53,039 bases of DNA. Source: an uncultured Desulfobacteraceae bacterium (GTDB lineage Bacteria; Desulfobacterota; Desulfobacteria; Desulfobacterales; Desulfosalsimonadaceae). This document shows, one piece after another, positions 11,064-19,602 of this stretch (the stretch's first letter is position 1; every line of letters starts with the position of its first letter). Made by a program: the position numbers and the translations under genes. Under the pieces are notes generated by a model. That model searched no databases. It was not told where the DNA came from and was given only the letters and a program-made list of their open reading frames with translations. Location of the stretch: the NCBI GenBank assembly GCA_964635265.1, contig CAZWNV010000001.1:1-53039 (forward strand). Reading direction: 5' to 3'.

Positions 11064-12656
11064 CTAAAAGCTTCTGCCGGTAAGGCCGGCAAACACTTCC
11101 GCTGCAGCGGCAATACCCCCTGCAATGCCGGGGCTGTTTTTGGCCGCGCTTACATTGTGGAGGTTCCCGGGCCGCCCGCTTTCCCGTATCGGCCCTTTGC
11201 GGATTTCATCGGCACTGAGCCTTCTGCCGTAGGCATTTGCCAATTCTCCGCATGTCGCGGCCTCCACGTCAACGGCCGATATCACCTCGGCAAACAGAAG
11301 ATGCGAGCGGATGCCGGGAAAGACGTTCTGCTCCAGGATATCGACAATCTGGTCTGCCAGCCCGTGCTTAAAGCGCTGCAGGGTATGCTCCCCCTTTGCA
11401 GCCAGCCGTTTTTCCTGAAAATAGTTGCCCGGGCAATACACCAGCAGCGCATCGCCCGCACCTTCCGAGACCCGGCCGAAGCCGTTGGCGGTCGGCGAAT
11501 TGATAAACAGCATGCGCGGCCGGGAGGTAATATCCGGATCATGATAGTTGACTTCCCGGCCGTCCTGCCACCAGTAGTTGCGGCCCTGCATCCGGGAGAG
11601 CCCGGGCAGCCCCCGCCGCAGCCCGAGACAGCAGGTGCAGATACAATGGGAAGGCCGGTAGGAGAAGGGTTTTGCGGCCCCGTTTTTCCCCAACAGCCGC
11701 CATGTCAGGCGGGGAGAGAGATCGCTTAGCAGCCGGCCGCAGCCGTAGAAGGAGCCGTCCGCACAAGCCGCCCCCGTGACCCGCCTGTTTCGGGTCTCCA
11801 GCCGCACCACCCGCTTGCCTGTCTCCACCGTGCCGCCGGCCTCCACGATCACGTTTTTCAGGGAGTCAAAGAATCTGCGAAAGCCGTATGCGGGATACCG
11901 CGCACCGGCATGATAATTGCCGGTACCAATAATATAGGCGATAGCGGACATCTCGGATTCGCTCTCGGCAAATATGCCGCCATGGCCGTACAGTATACGC
12001 CGGAGAAGGGGGCTGATCCCGTATTGATCAAAAAATCCGCGCAGGGACTGAAAAACACTGCCGCCAAACCGCAGTTTCCGCTCCGCGGCGACATCTCCTG
12101 CCAGCAGCAGCCTGGCGGTCTGCAAAAAGCGGCTCTGCCGCTGTCCGCAAGCACGATAATACCGGGCATAATCCTGATAAATACCCGTCATATCGAAAAA
12201 AAAAGCACCTATCCTCTTTTTCTCCGATGGAAACAGCGCCTCCATCCTGCGCCGGAAATTGTCCAGCCCCAGCGGCACAGAAACGTCGACAAAAGGGGCC
12301 GCGGGCTTATGCCGCTCTCCCACGAAAATCCTCTCAAACCCGTCGGCCTGCATGGGCAGAAAAGGAGTGGCCGCTTTGATACCCAGAAAATCCAGGAACC
12401 GATCCCCCAATTGACCGCCGCCAAAATCCCACACATACTGCGGCCCCATGGAAAACTCCAGGCCGTTGAGGCGAAGGCAGCGGCCATGGCCGCCGATAAG
12501 CTCCCGATGCTGTTCAAGAACCCGGACCGTATATCCCTGGCGGGCAAAAAGGGCGCCTGCGGCCATACCACCGATGCCGCTGCCGACGATCACGATATCG
12601 GCCCCGTCTTTCCTGCCGCGCAAAGGGCTGGGGGTTTTAGCCCGGAAACGCTGCAT
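11064..12656 (-). CDS. FAD/NAD(P)-binding oxidoreductase, phytoene-desaturase (CrtI)-like family
   Basis: N-terminal dinucleotide fold DIVIVGSGIGGMAAGALFARQGYTVRVLEQH; length of about 530 aa. Start set at ATG 12656-12654, which overlaps the upstream stop as TGATG. The ORF-track extension upstream overlaps the preceding gene. Confidence 0.8.
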   Translation of the reverse strand: MQRFRAKTPSPLRGRKDGADIVIVGSGIGGMAAGALFARQGYTVRVLEQHRELIGGHGRCLRLNGLEFSMGPQYVWDFGGGQLGDRFLDFLGIKAATPFLPMQADGFERIFVGERHKPAAPFVDVSVPLGLDNFRRRMEALFPSEKKRIGAFFFDMTGIYQDYARYYRACGQRQSRFLQTARLLLAGDVAAERKLRFGGSVFQSLRGFFDQYGISPLLRRILYGHGGIFAESESEMSAIAYIIGTGNYHAGARYPAYGFRRFFDSLKNVIVEAGGTVETGKRVVRLETRNRRVTGAACADGSFYGCGRLLSDLSPRLTWRLLGKNGAAKPFSYRPSHCICTCCLGLRRGLPGLSRMQGRNYWWQDGREVNYHDPDITSRPRMLFINSPTANGFGRVSEGAGDALLVYCPGNYFQEKRLAAKGEHTLQRFKHGLADQIVDILEQNVFPGIRSHLLFAEVISAVDVEAATCGELANAYGRRLSADEIRKGPIRESGRPGNLHNVSAAKNSPGIAGGIAAAAEVFAGLTGRSF

Positions 12657-13834
12657 CACTCTGCCGGCCCTTTTTTGGGAAGCAGACCCCCCAGATCTTT
12701 CCATCCCATGCAGCGCAGGATCCGCCAAACCGTGCGGGGCTTGTCCCAGCGGCTTTTCTCCCGGGCGAGCGCCTCGTAGAAATCCTCCGTGGTCTCTGGC
12801 GGCACCCGCCTGCGCGGGTTTTCCTCGAGATACAATGCCTTGGCGGGGCAGCCCGCCACACAGACCCCGCAGCCGATGCATCGCCTGTAGTCGACTTGGG
12901 CCACTTTGTCAGCAAGACAGACGGCCTCCATGGGACAGCGGCGGACGCAGAGGCCGCATCCCGTGCATTTCTCCGCGTCCACCCGCACATGATAGTTGGA
13001 GGCGGCAAAATCCGCGGGATTGGGGACGGCCTTGAGGGTGTTTAAAATGCCGCAGCAGCAGCTGCAGCAGGCACAAACCCCCTGGGGATACTGCTCATTG
13101 GTGGCCTGCAGGACCAGGCCTTCCTTTTCCGACTGCCGAACGATGGCAAGGGCTTCCGCCTCTGTTATCGGTCGGAACCAGCCCTGCTCGCGATAGAAGT
13201 CGAAATACTCCCGGAACCCCAGACAGAGTTCGCGCCTGTCGGTTATCCTGCAGGGATCGCCGGCCAGATCCTTTCCCTTCCGGCAGATGCATTCGGCGAC
13301 CCCGATTCTGCCCTCTGCCTGCTCTATGATTTGACGGATTTCATCATAAGTGGCAATATGAAGGCTGTCAGTGAGGCTCTGCTCGATCGGCACAACCCGC
13401 ATCTGGGATCTGGGCATGGAAAGGTATTCCAGGCCATAGGCCTCCCGGAAATAGCGGGCAGTATCTTCATAGAACCGGCGGCTCAGGTGCTTGACCTGAA
13501 ATTCAAACATGCCGACAACAAACGGTACAAGTCCGTAGCAGGTCCTGCCCCCGCTGACTTTTTTGAAAATACCGCCCCGTGTCGCCATGCGCTCCAGACG
13601 TTGCCGGCATTGCTCCGGGGAACCGCCGGCAGCCCCTGTCTGACTGGCGCGGGCATACACGGTTTCCGCAGGCACACAGCGATGGGTCATAAAAAGCGCC
13701 AGCCGCGCCTCGGAAGGCGTGAAAAGGGTCCGCAGGATCCGCAGTTCAACCCCGGAACGCGTCCTCGGAAACCCCACGGGCATCTTATCCAGATGCGTCT
13801 GCAGGTTTTTATAGACTTGCGCGTGGGAATGCAT
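12656..13834 (-). CDS. Cys-rich 4Fe-4S dicluster-domain protein, function unknown
   Basis: C-terminal 2x[4Fe-4S] ferredoxin motifs (CTGCGLCVRRCP and CIGCGVCVAGCP) follow a very dense Cys patch, CACCSCCC. The start is uncertain and is set at MHSHAQVYKNLQTHLDKMPVGFP. Confidence 0.72.
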   Translation of the reverse strand: MHSHAQVYKNLQTHLDKMPVGFPRTRSGVELRILRTLFTPSEARLALFMTHRCVPAETVYARASQTGAAGGSPEQCRQRLERMATRGGIFKKVSGGRTCYGLVPFVVGMFEFQVKHLSRRFYEDTARYFREAYGLEYLSMPRSQMRVVPIEQSLTDSLHIATYDEIRQIIEQAEGRIGVAECICRKGKDLAGDPCRITDRRELCLGFREYFDFYREQGWFRPITEAEALAIVRQSEKEGLVLQATNEQYPQGVCACCSCCCGILNTLKAVPNPADFAASNYHVRVDAEKCTGCGLCVRRCPMEAVCLADKVAQVDYRRCIGCGVCVAGCPAKALYLEENPRRRVPPETTEDFYEALAREKSRWDKPRTVWRILRCMGWKDLGGLLPKKGPAE

Positions 13835-13947
13835 AAGAGCGCTACGATAAAACAAAACGGCTGCTTCCTGCAAGCTGAATTTGGGGGCAGTATCCGTTCG
13901 CCGGCCGGCAGCCTGATCGAGCCGGAGCGAACCAGGGGGGTCATGCC

Positions 13948-14886
13948 ATGCAGACGGGAGTTCTTGCGCAGCTTCGCGCCGCAATCGCTCTTCTTTTGTA
14001 TACCGGAAATACCATCGGATGCTTTATCACCATCTCCCCCATCATCGTGTTAAAGGCCCTGATCTTCCACGAGGGCATCCGTCACGGCCTGACCCGGGTG
14101 CTCATGCGGCTGGGCTTTGTATGGATTGACTTCAACAGCCTCATCCTGCGGTTTACGCAAAATCTCCGCATGGACGTGGCGGGCCTGGACGGCTACAACC
14201 CGCAGGGATCCTACCTCGTTATCAGCAACCACCGCTCCTGGGCAGATATACTGGTACTCCAGCATCTGTGGAAACGCCGCATTCCCTTTCTGAAATTCTT
14301 CCTGAAAAAGGAGCTGATCTGGGTACCCTTGCTGGGCGTTGCCTGGTGGGCGCTGGATTTCCCCTTCATGAAGCGCTATTCCCGGGAATTTCTGCAAAAG
14401 CACCCGGAACTCAGGGGCAAGGACATGGAGACAACGCGCAGCTACTGCGAGCGCTTCAAAAGATCGCCGATTTCCGTGATCAATTTCCTCGAGGGCACCC
14501 GCTTTGCCCCCGAAAAACAACAAAAACAGCAGTCGCCATACCAGCACCTGCTTATGCCGAAAGCCGGCGGGGCGGCTGTGGTGCTATCGGCCATGGGCGA
14601 ATGCCTGGAGGCGATTATCGACGTGACCCTGGTATACCCGGAAAACGAAGCCCCGCTCTCCTTTTGGAGCTTTCTCAAGGGAGAGGTCCCCCTTGTTGTG
14701 GTGCGGGCCCGCCGGCTTCCCATACCGCAGGAATTTGTCCAGACCGACTACGTGCAGGACCCGGCTTTTCAGAAGCGCTTCCGCGATTGGATAAACGGGC
14801 TGTGGGCGGAAAAGGACCACCAGATCGCCGAAATCCTGGAACAATACGGCAAACGCGGAACCACCCCTTCACCCGGCGGCATCTGA
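13948..14886 (+). CDS. Lysophospholipid acyltransferase family protein (YihG-like)
   Basis: HX4D motif (NHRSWAD) and an EGTRF block. About 310 aa with an N-terminal hydrophobic segment. The start is not verified. Confidence 0.78.
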   Translation: MQTGVLAQLRAAIALLLYTGNTIGCFITISPIIVLKALIFHEGIRHGLTRVLMRLGFVWIDFNSLILRFTQNLRMDVAGLDGYNPQGSYLVISNHRSWADILVLQHLWKRRIPFLKFFLKKELIWVPLLGVAWWALDFPFMKRYSREFLQKHPELRGKDMETTRSYCERFKRSPISVINFLEGTRFAPEKQQKQQSPYQHLLMPKAGGAAVVLSAMGECLEAIIDVTLVYPENEAPLSFWSFLKGEVPLVVVRARRLPIPQEFVQTDYVQDPAFQKRFRDWINGLWAEKDHQIAEILEQYGKRGTTPSPGGI

Positions 14887-15960
14887 ACCCGACAGATGGG
14901 CCAGAATGCATCCGGCAGCCAGCCGGTTGCTTTGCCCGTCTTTGAGGGAGACCCGGAGAAACTGCTCCGAAAGTCCGACAAAATTGGCGCAGTTGCGAAC
15001 CAGCAGCCTGCGGTCCAGCAGGCGGGCTGCTAGTTCGGAGGCGCTCATCCCGTAAAGGCGAAGCAGCAGAAAAGTGGCCTCTCCCGGAAAAACCGTGATA
15101 TCCGGACAACGCTGCATCGCCTCCATAAAGGCGCCGCGCTCGGCTGCAAGATAAGTGCGGGTCCGGGCAGCATGCGCCGCTGCCGCCTCCGGAGCACCGG
15201 CAATATAGAAAACCGCCTCCTGGGCCAGGGCATTGACCCCCCAGGGAGGCAGGCGCCGGGCAATTTTCTCCGCAGCCGCAGGCCCGGCCACGCAGAACCC
15301 AATGCGCAGGCCAGGGACGGAAAACATCTTGGAAAGCGACTGCAGCACCACCACGTTATCAAGCCCCTTGTCCGCGATGGAAGCATCGGCGAGGCCCTCG
15401 ACAAAGGGCAGATAGGACTCATCTATCACAAAGCAGGTATTCGGGCATCTGCAGGCAAGGGCCTCCAGCTCCCCAACAGGAGTGCATACGCCGGTGGGAT
15501 TGTTGGGATTGCAGAAAAATACGGCATCCACCGCTTTCGCAGCGGCCGCAAGGGCTTCCATGTCCGGTACGAACCCCTCCCGCCCGGCCAGCAGAAAATG
15601 CTGGCAACAAACGCCGTGCAGGGTCAGGGCATCTGCGTAGTCGGCATAGGTCGGCCCAACCACGAGGGCTGAAGAAAAGCCCAGAGCCTGCGGTATCTGG
15701 TACAAAAATGCGGTTGTGCCGGCTCCGGCCAGCACCCGATCGGGCGCAAGCCCCTGCCACTCGGCATAGGCGGCAGCAGCCCCGGCGGCGGAAACATCCG
15801 GCAGTGAGCAGACGCTTGCGATTTTGCCGCTTAGATGGTCCAAAAGGCCGGGCATTGGCCCCAAGGGGTTGATGTTGCTGCTCATGTCAACAATTTCTTC
15901 CGGTGCGCACCCGAGCGCTGCGGCAGCTTCCCGGATGTTGCCGCCATGGCCGTGGATCAT
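14869..15960 (-). CDS. cobD: Threonine-phosphate decarboxylase (CobD-type class I/II aminotransferase fold)
   Basis: N-terminus MIHGHGGNIREAA...DMSSNINPLGP is typical of CobD. PLP-lysine block SLSKMFSVPGLRIG. Start moved to the ATG at 15960; the upstream ORF-track extension is Arg/Gly-rich and not protein-like. Confidence 0.78.
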   Translation of the reverse strand: MIHGHGGNIREAAAALGCAPEEIVDMSSNINPLGPMPGLLDHLSGKIASVCSLPDVSAAGAAAAYAEWQGLAPDRVLAGAGTTAFLYQIPQALGFSSALVVGPTYADYADALTLHGVCCQHFLLAGREGFVPDMEALAAAAKAVDAVFFCNPNNPTGVCTPVGELEALACRCPNTCFVIDESYLPFVEGLADASIADKGLDNVVVLQSLSKMFSVPGLRIGFCVAGPAAAEKIARRLPPWGVNALAQEAVFYIAGAPEAAAAHAARTRTYLAAERGAFMEAMQRCPDITVFPGEATFLLLRLYGMSASELAARLLDRRLLVRNCANFVGLSEQFLRVSLKDGQSNRLAAGCILAHLSGSDAAG

Positions 15961-16264
15961 GTGCGTCCTCCGCTGTCGGGTTTGGCCTCTGTATCCGAAC
16001 ACATTCGAAAAGGCCCGATCATACCTCTTTCTCCGGTTTTTGTCAGCAGCAAATCCGGCCTGGATCCCGGGCCCGTTCCCCGCCGGCGGTCCGGCAGAAC
16101 CGCGGGCTCCGGCAGCCTCCTGCTGCCGGGATAATCCGGGCTTGACATACCGGTGCCGACATATCATACAGTGGTGTCAGGAAAGGGGCAGGGCCGGCAC
16201 ACCGGCCGGGACGCAAAAACCGTAACGAAGAAGACGGAACGCAAACGTCGCAGAAAGAGCCGCC

Positions 16265-16924
16265 ATGGACACATACACACGGCCTACGCCATTCATGGAT
16301 TTCGACGCACCTGCAGTAAGGGCATTTGCCAAGCGGTCAGCGGGAGAGACTTCTGATCCGGTAACCCGGGCCGTCAAGCTGTATTATGCCGTTCGCGACG
16401 AAATCCTCTACGACCCTTATTCCATAGATCTAAGTGTTCCGGGGCTGCGAGCGAGTACCACCCTGAAAAACGGCCGCGGATGGTGTGTTACAAAGGCCGT
16501 TCTGCTTGCCTCCTGCTGCCGATGCATGGGCATTGCGGCCAGGCTCGGATTTGCCGACGTGAAAAACCACCTGTCCACCGAGCGGCTGCGGCAGCAAATG
16601 CAGACCGATATTTTCTACTGGCACGGCTATACTGCGATCTATGCAGGGGACACGTGGATCAAAGCCACGCCCGCCTTCAACCGGGAGCTGTGTGAAAAAT
16701 TTTCCCTGAAACCCCTGGAATTCGACGGAACAACAGACAGCCTCTTTCACCCCTTTGACAGGCAGGGCAACCGCCACATGGAGTACATCCGTTACAGGGG
16801 CGAATTCGCGGATGTCCCTCTCCGGCAGATCGCGGAAACCTTTCGGGAAAAATATCCGGCGGAAAAAAACGGCTGGATCGGTGCAAATTCTGATCAGGAG
16901 ACAAAGCCGCAGGCCCGCCGCTGA
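16265..16924 (+). CDS. Transglutaminase-like cysteine peptidase superfamily protein
   Basis: The GRGWCVTKAVLLASCCRCMGIAARL block carries the catalytic Cys context of the transglutaminase core. Downstream His (YWHGY) and Asp are present. Confidence 0.78.
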   Translation: MDTYTRPTPFMDFDAPAVRAFAKRSAGETSDPVTRAVKLYYAVRDEILYDPYSIDLSVPGLRASTTLKNGRGWCVTKAVLLASCCRCMGIAARLGFADVKNHLSTERLRQQMQTDIFYWHGYTAIYAGDTWIKATPAFNRELCEKFSLKPLEFDGTTDSLFHPFDRQGNRHMEYIRYRGEFADVPLRQIAETFREKYPAEKNGWIGANSDQETKPQARR

Positions 16925-16956
16925 TCCGCCTGCGCTGCGGCAAGCCGGGCTTTTGC

Positions 16957-17745
16957 CTACATGCGCCCCGAACTGATCAATGGATCGGCAATGCCGAAGA
17001 GAAACAGCTTCACCCAGGCCATTCCCAGCCGCAGCAGGGCCACATCATCGGATTTCAACCGGATCCGGGCATCGGCTTTTACCTTGTAGCGCTTCAGGAA
17101 ACTGCTGCCCAGGACAAACTCGCGGAACGCGTCTATATTATATGTGGCCATAAATGCCATTTTGCCCCTGGAGCCGGCTGGGCCCTCCCCGCCCCATGGG
17201 TCCGCATGAAACAGGCGCACAAGCTCCGCCCATTCTACAGTCATCTGATTGTAGAACTCCGCCTTTTGATCGGCTGCCCAGGAGTCCTTGGTCCAGGCCG
17301 TGTCTTCAAACCGGCCCTGGCAGAAATCCGGAGGCCGGAAATAGTGCAAAAGCCGGCTTTTTCCGCTTTCGGCATCATAATAGATCCCGTGTTCCACGGG
17401 AAAGGCGCGGCACGTCTGGGGGCGGTCGGGATAGACCCGGCAGCCGGCATCCGTTAGAAAAGGGCAGGTCCTCTCCTCGTTGGAGGCCATGCGCAGCAGT
17501 ACCGAGGGAAAATGACTGTCCTCGCGGTAGACAAGGTCCGTATAGGTCTCGATGAATTCTCCGGAGGTGATCCCCAGGGACTTGCGCAGCCGAATGATGT
17601 CATAGGGATACAAAAACAGGTTCAGGTTCCTGCAGCAGCGATTAAAACAGGAAATCCCGGGATAGCAGCGAAAAAAGAATTGCTCGCCTTCGGCCAGAAG
17701 TTTTCCACCGGCCTCCTCGGGCTTGTCGGTCTCGATATATTTCAT
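16957..17745 (-). CDS. YkgJ-family cysteine-cluster protein (CxxCxxCC zinc/iron-chelating domain)
   Basis: CFNRCCRNLN plus a distal TCPFL..GCRVYPDRPQTCRAFP, typical of the family. The start overlaps the upstream paralog's stop (ATGA). Confidence 0.7.
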   Translation of the reverse strand: MKYIETDKPEEAGGKLLAEGEQFFFRCYPGISCFNRCCRNLNLFLYPYDIIRLRKSLGITSGEFIETYTDLVYREDSHFPSVLLRMASNEERTCPFLTDAGCRVYPDRPQTCRAFPVEHGIYYDAESGKSRLLHYFRPPDFCQGRFEDTAWTKDSWAADQKAEFYNQMTVEWAELVRLFHADPWGGEGPAGSRGKMAFMATYNIDAFREFVLGSSFLKRYKVKADARIRLKSDDVALLRLGMAWVKLFLFGIADPLISSGRM

Positions 17746-18356
17746 TGCGCGTTGCTCGCCTCCGTGGGGGTTGTACCGGCATCCGCAATGATTTGGGCAA
17801 CCGTTTTGCGGACCCGGCTTGTCAGCCCCATATAAGCCTTGTATTCCTGCTCCAGCGCGGCCATCCGGATATAAAAAGGGGTGCGGTCAAAAGGAATATA
17901 GGCCCGATCCCCGCAGACCCGCTCAAACTCCCTGCAGCCCGGACCGTAGGTTTTGGGTTTGCCGGGCGCCCGAAGTTCGTGGGCGAGGCCGTGCAGCCGG
18001 CATATCATGGGGCGGCAGGGATACAGAATGCACCAGCCGTCCACATTGAGGGGACACATAAGCCGCTCCGATCCGGGCTCACCTGTTTCCTGGGCCGCTC
18101 GGACCTCCCGGGCCCGCCGGACCGCCGCCTCATAGGAAGATCCATCCATGCATGATAGGCCATGGATCAGATAAGCGGCTTCAATATGGGTGTGGTGAAA
18201 AAAACGCGTCCTGCAGCAGTTGTCCTCGCATCCCGCACAATAAAAACCGTAAGCGGCAGCGGTATCCGCATACTGCCGATCCATATCCGCGTAAAGTTCA
18301 GCCAGCTTTTGGAAGAAACCGCCGGCATCCGGCGCGTCATCAGATTTAAAGGGCAT
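17742..18356 (-). CDS. YkgJ-family cysteine-cluster protein (CxxCxxCC domain), paralog
   Basis: FYCAGCEDNCCRTRF plus MCPLNVDGWCILYPCRPMICRLHG. It begins 8 nt after the stop of the dGTPase-like gene. Confidence 0.7.
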   Translation of the reverse strand: MPFKSDDAPDAGGFFQKLAELYADMDRQYADTAAAYGFYCAGCEDNCCRTRFFHHTHIEAAYLIHGLSCMDGSSYEAAVRRAREVRAAQETGEPGSERLMCPLNVDGWCILYPCRPMICRLHGLAHELRAPGKPKTYGPGCREFERVCGDRAYIPFDRTPFYIRMAALEQEYKAYMGLTSRVRKTVAQIIADAGTTPTEASNAQ

Positions 18357-18364
18357 AGGCAGGA

Positions 18365-19507
18365 TCAGACCAGGGGCGTTGGGACAAACAGTTCATTATA
18401 GAGGTTTAAGACGTAGCGATCCGTCATACTGGCAATAAAATCGCAAATCAGGCGTTTCAGCGATATGTCCTGATGATAAACGGCGGCCATCTCCATGCCG
18501 GCGAGCCGGTTTTCCATCACCCCGGGATTCTGTAGAAAATAGTAGTAGATTTCCACGATCATGCGCTTGGCCTTGATAAACTCGGCATGCACGCGTTCGG
18601 AACGGTAAACGTTCTCATAGAGAAAGGCGCGCAGGCAGTCCATGGCGGAAGAGACGGGCTCACTCGATTTCAAAATAAACTCGCCGTCTTCCCAGACACT
18701 GGAGTATATCAGGTCCCGCATCATGGTGGTAGCCCGCTGGGAATGGCTTTCCCCGAGGATTTCCACGCATTCGGCCGGCACCTGGGAGCGGGTGACGACC
18801 CCGCTTCTTACCGCATCATCAAGGTCATGGTTTAAGTAGGCGATAATATCGGCAAACCGTACGATCCGGCCCTCCACCGTGCAGGCGGTCTCCGCGGGAT
18901 CAGAGGGCATGATATCGCCGAATCCCTTGGAATGCTTGAGAATGCCGTCGCGCACCTCATAGGTGAGATTCAGGCCATGGCCGTGTCGTTCCAGGACATC
19001 GACGACCCGGAGGCTTTGTTCATTGTGGCAGAAATCCGGGGAGAAGGCTTCCTGCAGCGCAGTCTCGCCGCTGTGCCCAAAAGGCGTATGCCCCATGTCA
19101 TGGCCCATGGCGATGGCTTCGGCCAGATCCTCGTTTAAATACAGGGCACGACTGATAGTCCGCGCCACTTCGGCCACTTCCAGGGTATGGGTAAGCCGCG
19201 TGCGGTAATGATCGCCCAGAGGAGACAAAAACACCTGGGTCTTGTGTTTTAATCGGCGGAATGCGTTGGAGAACACAATGCGGTCGCGGTCCTGCTGATA
19301 CACCGTCCGCACCGGGCAGGGCTCTTCGGACTGCAGGCGTCCCCTGGAGCGGGCCGACAGCATGCCATAGGGCGCGATAAAATTGGCTTCCCGCTTTTCG
19401 AAATCCTCGCGGATGCTGTGCGAATGCGCCTGCATCCGCCGATTAAATCCGTTTATGCCTGATTGCCGATACATGCCTGCAATGCTCTTGCGGGCCGCAA
19501 GGCCCAT
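18365..19507 (-). CDS. Deoxyguanosinetriphosphate triphosphohydrolase-like HD-domain protein
   Basis: RTRLTHTLEVA and HDMGHTPFGHSGE (HD motif), with a C-terminal dGTPase-family region. Internal ATGs (Met12, Met25) are alternative starts. Confidence 0.85.
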   Translation of the reverse strand: MGLAARKSIAGMYRQSGINGFNRRMQAHSHSIREDFEKREANFIAPYGMLSARSRGRLQSEEPCPVRTVYQQDRDRIVFSNAFRRLKHKTQVFLSPLGDHYRTRLTHTLEVAEVARTISRALYLNEDLAEAIAMGHDMGHTPFGHSGETALQEAFSPDFCHNEQSLRVVDVLERHGHGLNLTYEVRDGILKHSKGFGDIMPSDPAETACTVEGRIVRFADIIAYLNHDLDDAVRSGVVTRSQVPAECVEILGESHSQRATTMMRDLIYSSVWEDGEFILKSSEPVSSAMDCLRAFLYENVYRSERVHAEFIKAKRMIVEIYYYFLQNPGVMENRLAGMEMAAVYHQDISLKRLICDFIASMTDRYVLNLYNELFVPTPLV

Positions 19508-19545
19508 TTGCCCCGGAATATTCCGGTTAGAAATCTGAAAAATAT

Positions 19546-19574
19546 TATATTATCCTCTGTTTCGCGTTTCTGTA
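19546..19574 (-). promoter_or_regulatory. Putative sigma70 promoter for the dGTPase-like/YkgJ/YkgJ operon
   Basis: On the minus strand: TTACAG - 17 nt - TAATAT, in the only AT-rich stretch between dus and the dGTPase-like gene. Confidence 0.35.
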
Positions 19575-19602
19575 AAGGATAAAAATCGCGAAGCCAGGCG
19601 CC

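Noticed and set aside
15961-16264. Possible second cobalamin riboswitch in the 300-nt region upstream of cobD (minus strand)
   Set aside because: I read the reverse complement and found none of the core elements: no GGTG-N2-AATCC, no GCCACTG and no GGGAAGGC. A TTGACA at 16142 on the plus strand may be a promoter for the transglutaminase-like gene, but the -10 is poor.
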